64,000 bases of DNA from contig OZ252299.1 in the NCBI GenBank assembly GCA_965250285.1, positions 1,792,001 through 1,856,000 on the forward strand. Reading direction: 5' to 3'. The DNA comes from Myxococcota bacterium. Its GTDB lineage: Bacteria; Myxococcota_A; UBA9160; UBA4427. The notes below the pieces were generated by a model, which worked only from the letters and a program-made list of their open reading frames with translations, searched no databases and was not told the origin of the DNA. Each line of letters opens with the position of its first letter. The first letter of the stretch is position 1. The position numbers were made by a program, and so were the translations under genes. Below, piece after piece: positions 8,159 to 17,371 of the stretch.

Positions 8159-9781
8159 TCAGGCCGTGATCTCACCCGTCGCCACGCGCTTCGCCCAGCG
8201 GTAGTCGGGCTTGCCGCTCGGCGCGCGCTCGATCGAGCCCACCGCGTGCAGCTCGCGCGGCACCTTGTAGCCGGCGATCTTCGTTCGGCAGTGCGCCTGC
8301 ACGGCGTCGAGGCTCGGCGCAGCGCCGGCGCGCGTTTCGATCACGGCCGTCACCCGGCTGCCCCATCGTTCGTCGGGCACACCGACGACCACGCAGTCGT
8401 ACACGTCGGGATGGGACTTCACCGCCTGCTCGACCTCTTCGGGGAAGATCTTCTCGCCGCCCGAGTTGATCGAGACCGAGCCGCGTCCGAGCATCGTCAC
8501 CGAGCCATCGGCCTCGACACGCGCGAAGTCTCCGGGCATCGAGTAGCGCACGCCGTCGAACGTCACGAACGTCTCGGCCGTCTTCTTCGCATCCTTGTAG
8601 TACTCGAGCGGGATGTCGCCCGTGCGCGCCACCTTCCCGATCACGTCGCTCCCCGCCTCGATGCGCTCGCCGGTGTCGGGGTCGATCACCAGCGTGCCCG
8701 GACCGGCTGCCACCGTCGGGCCGCCGCCGACCATCGCGGTGTTCCCCTTCGTGATCAGCGCCATGCCCTGGTTGCCCGTCTCGCTCGACCCGATCGAGTC
8801 GATGATGATCAGGTTCGGGAAGTGCTCGAAGAAGGCGTCCTTCACCACGGGCGAGAAGACGGCCGCGCTGCTGGTCAGGACGAAGAGCGACGCCACGTCC
8901 CAGCGCCCGGCGTTCGCGTCGAGCGCTTCGACCATCGGTCGCCCCATCGCATCGCCCGTGATCATGATCGTGCCGATGCGTTCGTCCTGTACGAGCTGCC
9001 AGACCTGTTCGGGCTCGAAGCGTCGAACCAGCACGACCTTCCGCCCCACGAAGGCGCTGCTCATGACGCACCATTGGGTCGCGCCGTGCATCAGGGGGGC
9101 GATCGCGAGCATGACGCCCTGGTTCGGCTCGGCGCGGCCACGTTCGATCATCTCGAAGGGGGTCTCGGCCCGCTTGCCGGTCGCAGGATCGTTGCCTCCG
9201 CCGAGCGCGAAGAACACGTCCTCCTGGCGCCACACGACGCCCTTCGGCATGCCGGTGGTGCCGCCGGTGTACAGGATGTAGCGATCGTCGGGCGAGCGCG
9301 GCTCGAAGTCACGCTCGGTCGACTCGGCGCCGAGCGCCGCTTCGTAGGCCACGGCATCGAGGGTGTTCGAGTCGACGTCGCTCCCGTCGTCGATCTCCAC
9401 GCAGTGCCCGAGCTTCGGCATCGTGTCACGCACCGCGAGAATTCGCGGCGCGAAGGCGCGCTCGTACACCAGCGCCTTGAGGTCGGCGTTGTCGAAGATG
9501 TACGCGAGCTCTTCTTCGACGTAGCGGTAGTTGATGTTCACCCAGACCGCGCGCAGCTTGAACACCGCCCACAGCGTCTCGACCCACTCGACGCTGTTGA
9601 AGCCATAGATGCCGACGTGATCGCCGGGCCCGACGCCGTTCTTCGCGAGGTGGTGGGCGAGCTGGTTCGCCCTCGCCTCCATCTCGCCGTAGGTGCGGCG
9701 CTGCCCTTCGGCGACGAGGTACTCGCGGTCGGGCCACTCGTCAGCAGCCTGCTCGAAGAGGTCGGCGAGATTGAATTCCAT
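8159..9781 (-). CDS. Acyl-CoA synthetase (FadD19-like)
   Basis: MEFNLADLFE start; YTGGTTGMPKGVVW, GSSETG, GRGSVSINSGGEKIFPEEVE, SGKPDY. Confidence 0.92.
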   Translation of the reverse strand: MEFNLADLFEQAADEWPDREYLVAEGQRRTYGEMEARANQLAHHLAKNGVGPGDHVGIYGFNSVEWVETLWAVFKLRAVWVNINYRYVEEELAYIFDNADLKALVYERAFAPRILAVRDTMPKLGHCVEIDDGSDVDSNTLDAVAYEAALGAESTERDFEPRSPDDRYILYTGGTTGMPKGVVWRQEDVFFALGGGNDPATGKRAETPFEMIERGRAEPNQGVMLAIAPLMHGATQWCVMSSAFVGRKVVLVRRFEPEQVWQLVQDERIGTIMITGDAMGRPMVEALDANAGRWDVASLFVLTSSAAVFSPVVKDAFFEHFPNLIIIDSIGSSETGNQGMALITKGNTAMVGGGPTVAAGPGTLVIDPDTGERIEAGSDVIGKVARTGDIPLEYYKDAKKTAETFVTFDGVRYSMPGDFARVEADGSVTMLGRGSVSINSGGEKIFPEEVEQAVKSHPDVYDCVVVGVPDERWGSRVTAVIETRAGAAPSLDAVQAHCRTKIAGYKVPRELHAVGSIERAPSGKPDYRWAKRVATGEITA

Positions 9782-9920
9782 GGCGAGCTCCGTGATGCGC
9801 TTGAGCGGTTCGGGGGCGAGAGAGATGCGGTTGAAGCGAGAGGGCCGCGCGCGGAGCCCGAACGTACCACCACGGGGTGAGGGAGCGGAGGCGACTGCGC
9901 GGGTCAGGTAGCCGGTCGAT

Positions 9921-10940
9921 TCAGTCGAGGAGGTTCTGCCTCGGGTCACCTCGATCGAAGACGTTGAATCGCAGATTGCGGTCGCCCGAAACCTCCTTCC
10001 AACCGATCCGCAGCCCGCGCTGCTCAGCCATGCGACGAGCTGCGAGGTAGACGTCGAAGCTGTCGGGCCAGACGAAGAAACGCACGTACTGCCGGCGTGG
10101 ATTCAGCGCGTCGAGCGCCGCCGCGAACCGGCTGTTTGGGCCGAGTTCGGCCTCGGTCTCGCCCGGAGCAATGTCGCCCGTCGGCACCAGCTCGGCATTG
10201 AGCGAATCGTCGAAGATCCAGCGGTACCCCTGGTCGCCGATCTGCTCCTTCTTGAAGTGGTTCACGATCCACGGCACGTCGGAGCGCTCGATCAGCATGT
10301 TCTCGCGCACAGACCCCGTCGCGTCTCGCATGCCGGCGATCAGGACGTCACCGAGATCGTCGAGGTCGAGCACGTGCACCTCGCCCCCACGGCAGAAGAA
10401 GAACACGCGCTCGAGGCCCGCGGGCACGGGTCTCGGATCGGGGAGTCGGATCGTGATCGGCTCGCCCGCGGCGGCGGGTTCGGCCAGGATCGCCAGCAGC
10501 TTCTCGCGCTCGCCCTCGGCGCGCTTCACCTCGCCCTCGAGGCGCGCCACCTCGACCTTCAGCTGCTCGCGAGCCTCGAGGCTCGGCTGGTCGCCCGCAG
10601 AGGCGCTCGGCCCCGGCAGCGACTCGAACTCGTCGAGCAGCGGGCGCGCATCGGCCAGACGCAGGCCCGCGGTCTGTTCGGCCTTGAATCGCTCGAGCTC
10701 CGACCGCGCCATCTCGATGTCGGCCCGCACGTCGTCGCGTTCGCCGACCAGCTCGGCGAGATCGTTCGGGGTCGCCGCTGCGCGCTCCCCGGCGGTCGCG
10801 CGAATGCGTTCGACGGCGTCGCCGAGCGAGAGCTGCGTCACTGCGACGAGCACGACCAGAATGCCGACGACGTTCGCCATCGTATCGAGCAGCGAGTCGA
10901 TGCTCTGGGCGTCTGCCCGCCTTCGCGCAGCCCGCGCCAT
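9921..10940 (-). CDS. Single-TM coiled-coil protein, ExbD/TolR-like partner of the MotA/TolQ/ExbB protein (Asp-containing TM)
   Basis: Basic N-terminus, TM SIDSLLDTMANVVGILVVLVAV, coiled-coil stalk, C-terminal YVRFFVWPDSF domain. Start overlaps the upstream stop (TGATG). Confidence 0.7.
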   Translation of the reverse strand: MARAARRRADAQSIDSLLDTMANVVGILVVLVAVTQLSLGDAVERIRATAGERAAATPNDLAELVGERDDVRADIEMARSELERFKAEQTAGLRLADARPLLDEFESLPGPSASAGDQPSLEAREQLKVEVARLEGEVKRAEGEREKLLAILAEPAAAGEPITIRLPDPRPVPAGLERVFFFCRGGEVHVLDLDDLGDVLIAGMRDATGSVRENMLIERSDVPWIVNHFKKEQIGDQGYRWIFDDSLNAELVPTGDIAPGETEAELGPNSRFAAALDALNPRRQYVRFFVWPDSFDVYLAARRMAEQRGLRIGWKEVSGDRNLRFNVFDRGDPRQNLLD

Positions 10941-11755
10941 CAGCTGCCGAGCTCCGAGTCGGGCACGTCGAACAGGCTGAAGTCGAGCTCGCCGTCACCC
11001 GGCAGAGGCAGCTTCGCGAAGGGCACGTCGAGGCGAGAGGCTGCGACGGCGGCCTTGTTGAAGGTCTCGATGCCGTCCGGTCGGATCAGAAAGACCAGCT
11101 TGGTGTTGCGGAGCACTCGAATGCGGCGCAGAAATCGCTGAAAGTCGGCGCCGCGCAGCAGATCTTCGGTCGGTACGCGGTATGTGAAGTCGCTGCGCGT
11201 GGTGTGCACTTCGACGTAGCCAGCCGTGCACTCCGCGAAGTACGGGCGGTAGGCCGGGCCGACGCCGGCCGGCGCGATGCGCATGCTCAGATCGCGCTTG
11301 GCCTTGTCGCGCGCATCGACGTCGGCCCGCAGGCCCTGGGTCTGCGCCTCGAGGCTCGCGCGCTTGGCCTGCAATCGGTCGCGCCGGGCGACGACGCGCG
11401 CACTGGCCGCAGACGCGCGCCGCTCGTCGACCAGTCGCTCGAGCTCTTCGAGCGAGATCTCGGGGCTCAGCCCCGCACCATCGAGGCGCGCGAAGAGCTC
11501 GTCCTGGTCGGCCTCGCTCGCCTGCACCGTGTCGAGCTGCTCGTCGAGGTCCTCGAGCTCCTGCTTTGCTTCGACGAGCGCCTGCTGCGCACGGTCGATG
11601 CGCTCGCCCAGCCGGACCCCTGCGAGCGCGCTGCTGCCGACCTGGCTCACCGCCATCGATGCGAGGATCAGCGTCAGCGCACCGATCACGCACGCCAGGA
11701 CGGAGAGGAACGGAAAGAGCGAGACCTCGAGGCCTTCGCGTCGCCTGCGCGCCAC
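10940..11755 (-). CDS. Single-TM coiled-coil protein, ExbD/TolR-like partner (Asp-less TM)
   Basis: MARRRR, TM EVSLFPFLSVLACVIGALTLIL, coiled coil, C-terminal LVFLIRPDG domain; directly downstream of the MotA/TolQ/ExbB gene. Confidence 0.7.
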   Translation of the reverse strand: MARRRREGLEVSLFPFLSVLACVIGALTLILASMAVSQVGSSALAGVRLGERIDRAQQALVEAKQELEDLDEQLDTVQASEADQDELFARLDGAGLSPEISLEELERLVDERRASAASARVVARRDRLQAKRASLEAQTQGLRADVDARDKAKRDLSMRIAPAGVGPAYRPYFAECTAGYVEVHTTRSDFTYRVPTEDLLRGADFQRFLRRIRVLRNTKLVFLIRPDGIETFNKAAVAASRLDVPFAKLPLPGDGELDFSLFDVPDSELGS

Positions 11756-11770
11756 GCCCGCGCCCCTCGG

Positions 11771-12862
11771 CTAGCGCCGCCGCTCGAGCGCGGAGAGGAG
11801 CTTCTCGGCCACGCGATCGGCGACGCGATCGATCGTCGCGTCATCGACGTCGCCGCGGGGCTGTGCCTCACCCAGCCGGCGCACGAGGTGACGCGCGCAG
11901 TAGTCGTCGATCGCCGCGAGATAATCCTCTTCGGCCTTTTGCAGAGAGCTCGTCGGAAACATGATGAAGAGACTCATGACGAGCGCGAGCAGGGTCGTGT
12001 CGAACGCGATCCCCAGGCCGCTCGTGACCGAGCCGATCGACTCCTTCATGACGTCGAGATCGCCGGCGGCCGCGACCGAGTCGGAGAAGCCCGCCACGGA
12101 GGCACCGATGCCGAGCACGGTGCCAATGAAGCCGAGGATCGGCACCGCCCAGATGAAGACGCGCAGCATCGTGTAGCTCGACTCGACGGCGTTCTCGTCG
12201 TTCTGCGCCTGGGCGGCGAGCTGCTCGACCACTTCTTCGGCGCTCTCGCGCGCGGCGTAGTGCTCGAGCGCGCGCGCAATGCGCCCGACCAGGTAGCCAC
12301 GGCGCTGCTCGTCGGGCAGCGTGCGCAGGTAGCTGAGGAAGGCGGGCGCGTTCTCGGGCGTGATCGGGTCACCGATGCCCCGTGGCAGCAGGTCGAGGCC
12401 GAGGGCGCTGCGCTGGCGGCTCAGCACGACCGCCTTCGCGACGAGCATGGCCGCTGCCCAAAACGACAGGAAGCTCACGACGTAGGGGACCCAGCCGCGG
12501 GCGCCGAGCAGCTGTCCGAAAGGCGTGTCGGCAAGCGGGCGCACGACGGCGAGGTAGAACACGGCGGTCAGGGCGAAGGCCGCGAGACCGGTCCAGCTGA
12601 GGGGCACGTCGGTCGTGCCGCCGGTGGCGCGCAGCCCGGGTCCGGCGAGCTCGCGCAGGGGCTCGGGCTGCCCGGGGAGCACCGGCCCAGCCTCTTCATC
12701 CGCCGCGCGGGTTTGGCCGACGACGGCCAGCGGAGCATCGCTCGGCAGGAACGAGTGGCCGCAGGCCTGACAGTCGAGGGGCGCTCGACTGCGCGGGTCG
12801 GTCACCGCGTTCTCCGCGCCGCAGTGCGGACAGATCGCGGCGGTCGATGCACGTTCGGCCAA
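11771..12862 (-). CDS. MotA/TolQ/ExbB proton channel family protein with N-terminal zinc ribbon
   Basis: VPILGFIGTVLGI and GLGIAFDTTLLAL signature helices; two further N-terminal TM segments; CPHC...CQAC. Confidence 0.85.
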   Translation of the reverse strand: MAERASTAAICPHCGAENAVTDPRSRAPLDCQACGHSFLPSDAPLAVVGQTRAADEEAGPVLPGQPEPLRELAGPGLRATGGTTDVPLSWTGLAAFALTAVFYLAVVRPLADTPFGQLLGARGWVPYVVSFLSFWAAAMLVAKAVVLSRQRSALGLDLLPRGIGDPITPENAPAFLSYLRTLPDEQRRGYLVGRIARALEHYAARESAEEVVEQLAAQAQNDENAVESSYTMLRVFIWAVPILGFIGTVLGIGASVAGFSDSVAAAGDLDVMKESIGSVTSGLGIAFDTTLLALVMSLFIMFPTSSLQKAEEDYLAAIDDYCARHLVRRLGEAQPRGDVDDATIDRVADRVAEKLLSALERRR

Positions 12863-12983
12863 TGCAGATCCTCGTCTCGGCGCGGGAATACGCGCGGCGG
12901 GAAGGTAGTCCAGGCCACGGGTTCGGCCCGCGACCGGTCCGCCCCGCGGCGGCGATCCAGGAGCGGGGATAGAATGCGGCGCG

Positions 12984-14303
12984 ATGGCGTCCTCACCGCA
13001 CGATTCCGATGCCGCTCAGGCCCGCCTGGTGCTCGGCCTGTCGGGCGCCGCCAGCGAGGCCGAGCTGCAGGCGGCCTACTGGGCGCTCCGTGCGCACATC
13101 GAGTCGCGCGCGGTCACCAGCGAAGATCCCGGCTTCGTCGCCGCGCGTGTCGCCGAGCTGCAGCAGCTCACCGAGCGGCTCGCCCTCGCCCTCGACGTGC
13201 CGCCCGACTCGCTGCCCTCGCCGCGCATCGAGGCCGTGCAACCCGCTCCGCGCCAGGGCTGGCCGGTCTGGCTCGGCATCGGGGGGTTCGTCGCCGCGCT
13301 GCTGATCGGCCTCGTGTACTGGCTGATGCGAGCCCCGAGCGACGCGACCGACGCATCACCGCTCGCCGCCGTCGCCCAGGGCGACCCGCCTGGGCGACTC
13401 GTCTTTGCCGAATCCCCCACGGCCGCCCGCTTCACCGTGCTCGACGCGGAGGGCACGCGTGTCGTGCGAGCGGGCATCGTCTCGTCCGACCCGGTCGAGC
13501 TGGCGCCGGGCCAGTACTCGGTCTGGCTCTCGGCGCTGGCCTGCGACGCCAGCCGACACAACACGATCCGCGTCGAGACCGACGCCGACATCGAGCTCGT
13601 CGCGCCCGAGTGCACGCGCACGCTCGCGCTCGTGCTGCGCTCGGACGTGACCGGTGATCGCGTGCGCATCGACGGCGAGGACGTCGGCAGCACGGGGCCG
13701 GGTGCGCACATCCTGCAGCCTGGCTCGCACGAGATCGCGATCGAGCACGGCGGGCGGGAGGCGTGGCGCGCCGAGATCGAGGTCGGCTCGGACGACCGGC
13801 TGACGCTGCACGCCGATCTGGCCGCCAAGGCGAACGCAGCCGACGAGCCGGAGGGCTCGCCCGACGCCGGCGACAGCGCGGAGACAGCGCGGCCGCCGCC
13901 TCCGCCGGGCCGCACCGCGGGGCCGCCGCCTCGGCCGCCCGGCTCGAGTGGTCGGCCCGGTGGTACGCGCGAAGGTCTTCCCGGCGGCACGAGCAGTGAA
14001 TCACCGGTGCGCGATACCCAGGTCGCCGGCTCGCGCAGCTGGCACGATGCCGTGCGCCGCCGCTTGATCGACAAGTATGACGAGAACGGATCGCGCAGCC
14101 TCGACACCACCATCGAGATCGCTTCGATTCCCTGCAGCGAGTGGCTCGCGATCGAGAGCCAGTACGAGACCGGGGGGCTGCAGGTGCCGATGACCCGGCT
14201 CTACGGTTTCGACGGCTCCGAATGGGTCGAAGGGGCGCTCGGAGTCGAACGCGGGCTGCGCGACTTCACGTATCGGCGCATGAAGGAGTGCGGGCTCAAG
14301 TAG
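12984..14303 (+). CDS. Membrane-anchored PEGA-domain protein with J-like N-terminus and Pro-rich linker
   Basis: VLGLSGAASEAELQAAY (J-like, no HPD); TM WLGIGGFVAALLIGLVYWL; PEGA-like VRIDGEDVGSTG...LQPGSHEIAIE; PPPPPG linker; EF-hand-like DENGSRSLD. Confidence 0.65.
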   Translation: MASSPHDSDAAQARLVLGLSGAASEAELQAAYWALRAHIESRAVTSEDPGFVAARVAELQQLTERLALALDVPPDSLPSPRIEAVQPAPRQGWPVWLGIGGFVAALLIGLVYWLMRAPSDATDASPLAAVAQGDPPGRLVFAESPTAARFTVLDAEGTRVVRAGIVSSDPVELAPGQYSVWLSALACDASRHNTIRVETDADIELVAPECTRTLALVLRSDVTGDRVRIDGEDVGSTGPGAHILQPGSHEIAIEHGGREAWRAEIEVGSDDRLTLHADLAAKANAADEPEGSPDAGDSAETARPPPPPGRTAGPPPRPPGSSGRPGGTREGLPGGTSSESPVRDTQVAGSRSWHDAVRRRLIDKYDENGSRSLDTTIEIASIPCSEWLAIESQYETGGLQVPMTRLYGFDGSEWVEGALGVERGLRDFTYRRMKECGLK

Positions 14304-14352
14304 CCGCCACGCGACGTCGCCCCACGCCGCACGCCGTTCGACCTCGCCCGAC

Positions 14353-15804
14353 TCAGTCGGCCGCGTCGCCCGCAGCGCCCTGCCCGATCTGGATACTCGT
14401 CCAGCGACCGCCTCGGAAGCGGGTCACGAGCATCGTGCCCTTGACGATGTAGTCGACGATCAGCGCACCGAAGATCCACTCGACGGGCAGTCCCATCCAG
14501 GCGAAGAACCCGGCCGTCACACCCCGCACGATGAGCAGGCCCGTGATCGTCGTGACCAGCGGAAAGCGCGTGTCGCCCGCGCCGCGCAGGGCTCCACCGA
14601 GGGTGAACTCGATCGCCATCAGCGGCTGCATCGCGCCGAGGATGTAGATGAAGACCACCGTCAGCCGCACGACCTCTTCGTCCGCGATCATGAAACGCGC
14701 GATCTGCTCGGCGAACACGACGATGGTGCCGCCCAGCACGATCATGATGCCGATCGAGAACGACATCGCGCGCCAGCCGCTGCGCATGGCACCGGCGGGA
14801 TCCTGGGCGCCGAGGCGCTGCCCCACGTGGGTCGAGGCCGCGATCGAGAAGCCGAAGCCCACGACGAACGAGAACGAGAGGATCTGCACCCCGATGCCGT
14901 ACGCGGCGTAGGGCGCGGTGCCATAGAACGACACGATCCACAGAAAGAGGATGAAGCCGATCTGCACCGCGCCCGACTCGAGCGCCGCCGGGTAGCCGAT
15001 ATGGAACAGCTGCCGCATGCGCGCGCGCGTCAGGCTGCCCTTCGCCCGGGTCCCGATCTTGAGCCAGCCCTGCCACCAGAAGAGCAGCGAGAGCAGCGCA
15101 CCGAACGTGAACGCAGAACCGGTCGCAATCGCGGCCCCCTTCACGCCGAGCGCCGGCGCCCCGAACATGCCGTACACGAGGGTGTAGACCAGGACGACGT
15201 TCACGATGTTCGCGGCCGCGCCGAGGAAGAGCGGCGTGATCGTGTCGCCTGCGGCGCGCACCGCGGTGCCCAGGATCATCGAGACCGCGAAGCTCACGTT
15301 GAAGAGGCTCAGGTAGAAGATGAAGTCGGCCGCCGCGTCGACCGTCATCGCATCGAGCTTGAAGATCGACGCGAGGGGGTGCGAGAAGAGCAACCCGGGC
15401 AGCGACAGCACGAGCCCCATCGCCGCGCCGAGGGCGAGCGACGCCTTCGTGACGCGTTCGGCCTCGGCGTAGTCCTGCGCGCCCCACGCGCGCGCGACCA
15501 TCGCGGTCGTGCCGGCCGAGGTCGCCATGATCACCGCCTGCAGCACGAAGAAGATGCGGTTGCCGGTGGTGACCGCGGCGACGGCCGACGGGCCGAGCGA
15601 ACCGACGATCTTGATGTCGACGAGCGAGACGGTCGAGTACAGCAGGTTGCCCACGACCGCGGGCCAGGCGAGCTGCAGGATACCGGGCGTCTGCTGCGGG
15701 GCTTCCCGCGCACCATGGGGCACGGCCGTCTGCCTGCCCTCACCGGCCGCATCGGGCGCGGCGCCGGCGGTGCCAGCATCGAGCGACGCATCGCGCACCG
15801 GCAT
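14353..15804 (-). CDS. MATE family efflux transporter
   Basis: About 12 TM segments; LAWPAVV, VDIKIVGSLG, RAAGDTITP, GALRGAGDTRFP. Confidence 0.92.
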   Translation of the reverse strand: MPVRDASLDAGTAGAAPDAAGEGRQTAVPHGAREAPQQTPGILQLAWPAVVGNLLYSTVSLVDIKIVGSLGPSAVAAVTTGNRIFFVLQAVIMATSAGTTAMVARAWGAQDYAEAERVTKASLALGAAMGLVLSLPGLLFSHPLASIFKLDAMTVDAAADFIFYLSLFNVSFAVSMILGTAVRAAGDTITPLFLGAAANIVNVVLVYTLVYGMFGAPALGVKGAAIATGSAFTFGALLSLLFWWQGWLKIGTRAKGSLTRARMRQLFHIGYPAALESGAVQIGFILFLWIVSFYGTAPYAAYGIGVQILSFSFVVGFGFSIAASTHVGQRLGAQDPAGAMRSGWRAMSFSIGIMIVLGGTIVVFAEQIARFMIADEEVVRLTVVFIYILGAMQPLMAIEFTLGGALRGAGDTRFPLVTTITGLLIVRGVTAGFFAWMGLPVEWIFGALIVDYIVKGTMLVTRFRGGRWTSIQIGQGAAGDAAD

Positions 15805-16015
15805 GGGAGGGCCCCCGCCCGAGCGTCGCGTGGAGCGGCCTCGGGGGCGATCAGTGAAAGGCTGGGCGCAGTGGGTGGAAGCGGCAGATTAGCCGCGACC
15901 GTCGTGCCGGGAAAGGCGCAGCGCGCCGCGGGCGACGCATGGGCCAGCGGCCTCGGTGTCGGTTCAGCGGGCGCAGAGCGCTCAGCTTGGTTGCTTCAGA
16001 CGGCGCCAGCCGGCG

Positions 16016-17038
16016 TCAGACGGCGGCGGACACCACGGCCCGAGGCTCAGGGCGCGGCAGCCGTGCCGGTTCGCCGGTCGCCGGATAGAACTGCTTCGCC
16101 CACTTGCGATAGGTCGCGACCGGTCCGTCGCCCACGGCGAGCGCGGGCTGCTCTTTGTAGATCTTGTGCTCCCAGACGTCGATGTCCTGGGTCACCTCGA
16201 GGCATAGGAACCAGTGCGTGATGTTGCGGATCACATTGTTCAGCGGTCCGAACTTCTTCTTGATCGACGCCCCGAGGCGCAGGTCGATGTGGCCACCGTC
16301 CTTCGGCACGGGCATCACGAAGAACCGAAGCTCGGCGCCGAACTGCGGCAGGTCGACGTTCACCTGGGAGTAACCCAGGCCCCAGACCTGCACGTCGTAC
16401 TCGACCTCGAGCACGAACTTCGGCATGAAGCTCAGGTTGAACCACGGCATGAAGCGCTGCACGCCGTACCGCGTGTTCAGGTGGGGGCCCTCGGTCTCGG
16501 CCTCGCGCACGATCCGGCCGTTGTCGAAGCCGTGCACCTGGGTGAAGTGCCCGAAGTCGACACTGTTCTCGGTCGTCTCCTGGGGATGCGTCGCGAGCGC
16601 GTACTCCTTCCAGGTGAGTCCGCTCCAGCCTTCGGTCTCGAGCGGCGGGATCTCCCACTCGGGCTCCCGCCCGAGCGCGTCGTACCAGACCATGACGAAA
16701 CCGCCGATCTCGCGGACGGTCCACCGATCGAGCCGCGCGCGCACGGGCGGCGGGCCGTCGTAGGGCGTTGCGGTGCAGCGTCCTTCGGTGTCGAACTGGA
16801 AGCCGTGGAAGCCGCAGCGCAGCGACTCGCCCTTGACCTCGCCGATCTTGCCGAGGTTCGCGCCCATGTGCGGACAGAAGGCGTCGACGACGCGCAGAAC
16901 GCCCGACTCGGTGCGGAAGATGACGAGATCGCTCTCGAAGTACGGCCGCGAGATCAGCTGACCCGGCTTGACCTCGGCGCTCGTCGCGACGGCGTACCAG
17001 CCGCTCGGGAGACTCGGAAACGGAAAACGCTCGCTCAC
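16016..17038 (-). CDS. Rieske oxygenase, KshA/Neverland-like
   Basis: Rieske ligands CPHMG...CGFHG; mononuclear Fe motif ENSVDFGHFTQVH; C-terminal DIDVWEHK...YRKWAKQFY. Start reset to GTG 17038. Confidence 0.85.
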   Translation of the reverse strand: MSERFPFPSLPSGWYAVATSAEVKPGQLISRPYFESDLVIFRTESGVLRVVDAFCPHMGANLGKIGEVKGESLRCGFHGFQFDTEGRCTATPYDGPPPVRARLDRWTVREIGGFVMVWYDALGREPEWEIPPLETEGWSGLTWKEYALATHPQETTENSVDFGHFTQVHGFDNGRIVREAETEGPHLNTRYGVQRFMPWFNLSFMPKFVLEVEYDVQVWGLGYSQVNVDLPQFGAELRFFVMPVPKDGGHIDLRLGASIKKKFGPLNNVIRNITHWFLCLEVTQDIDVWEHKIYKEQPALAVGDGPVATYRKWAKQFYPATGEPARLPRPEPRAVVSAAV

Positions 17039-17371
17039 ACCCTCACCCCTCGATCCTCGGACGCGCTCTTGCCGCCCGGCCACCCGTGCCAGGCGAACCG
17101 CCGCTCGTGACGGGTCCAAAGCGGGTCCTGCCCCGGGGGCCGTGGCGCGGCCGCACGAGAGTCGCACCCCGGCTGTCGCGAAGCACCCCGCTCACGGGCG
17201 TGAAACCGCCGTGAATCGATGCTCCGTCGCTGAAACGCCGCTCAGTGCAGTTTCGCGGAATGTGAATCAGACCCGATCCGCCCACGGGTCAGCGAAAGCC
17301 GATGGGCGTGCCGACTCGGTGCGCCGAGACCGGCTCAGCCTGGCGCGCGCGTCGCCCTGCTTCGGGTGGGC

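Noticed and set aside
9921..12862. Zorya (ZorAB) anti-phage system or flagellar MotAB stator
   Set aside because: No long ZorA cytoplasmic tail, no OmpA-like peptidoglycan-binding motif recognised in either partner, and no ZorC/D/E or flagellar genes nearby.
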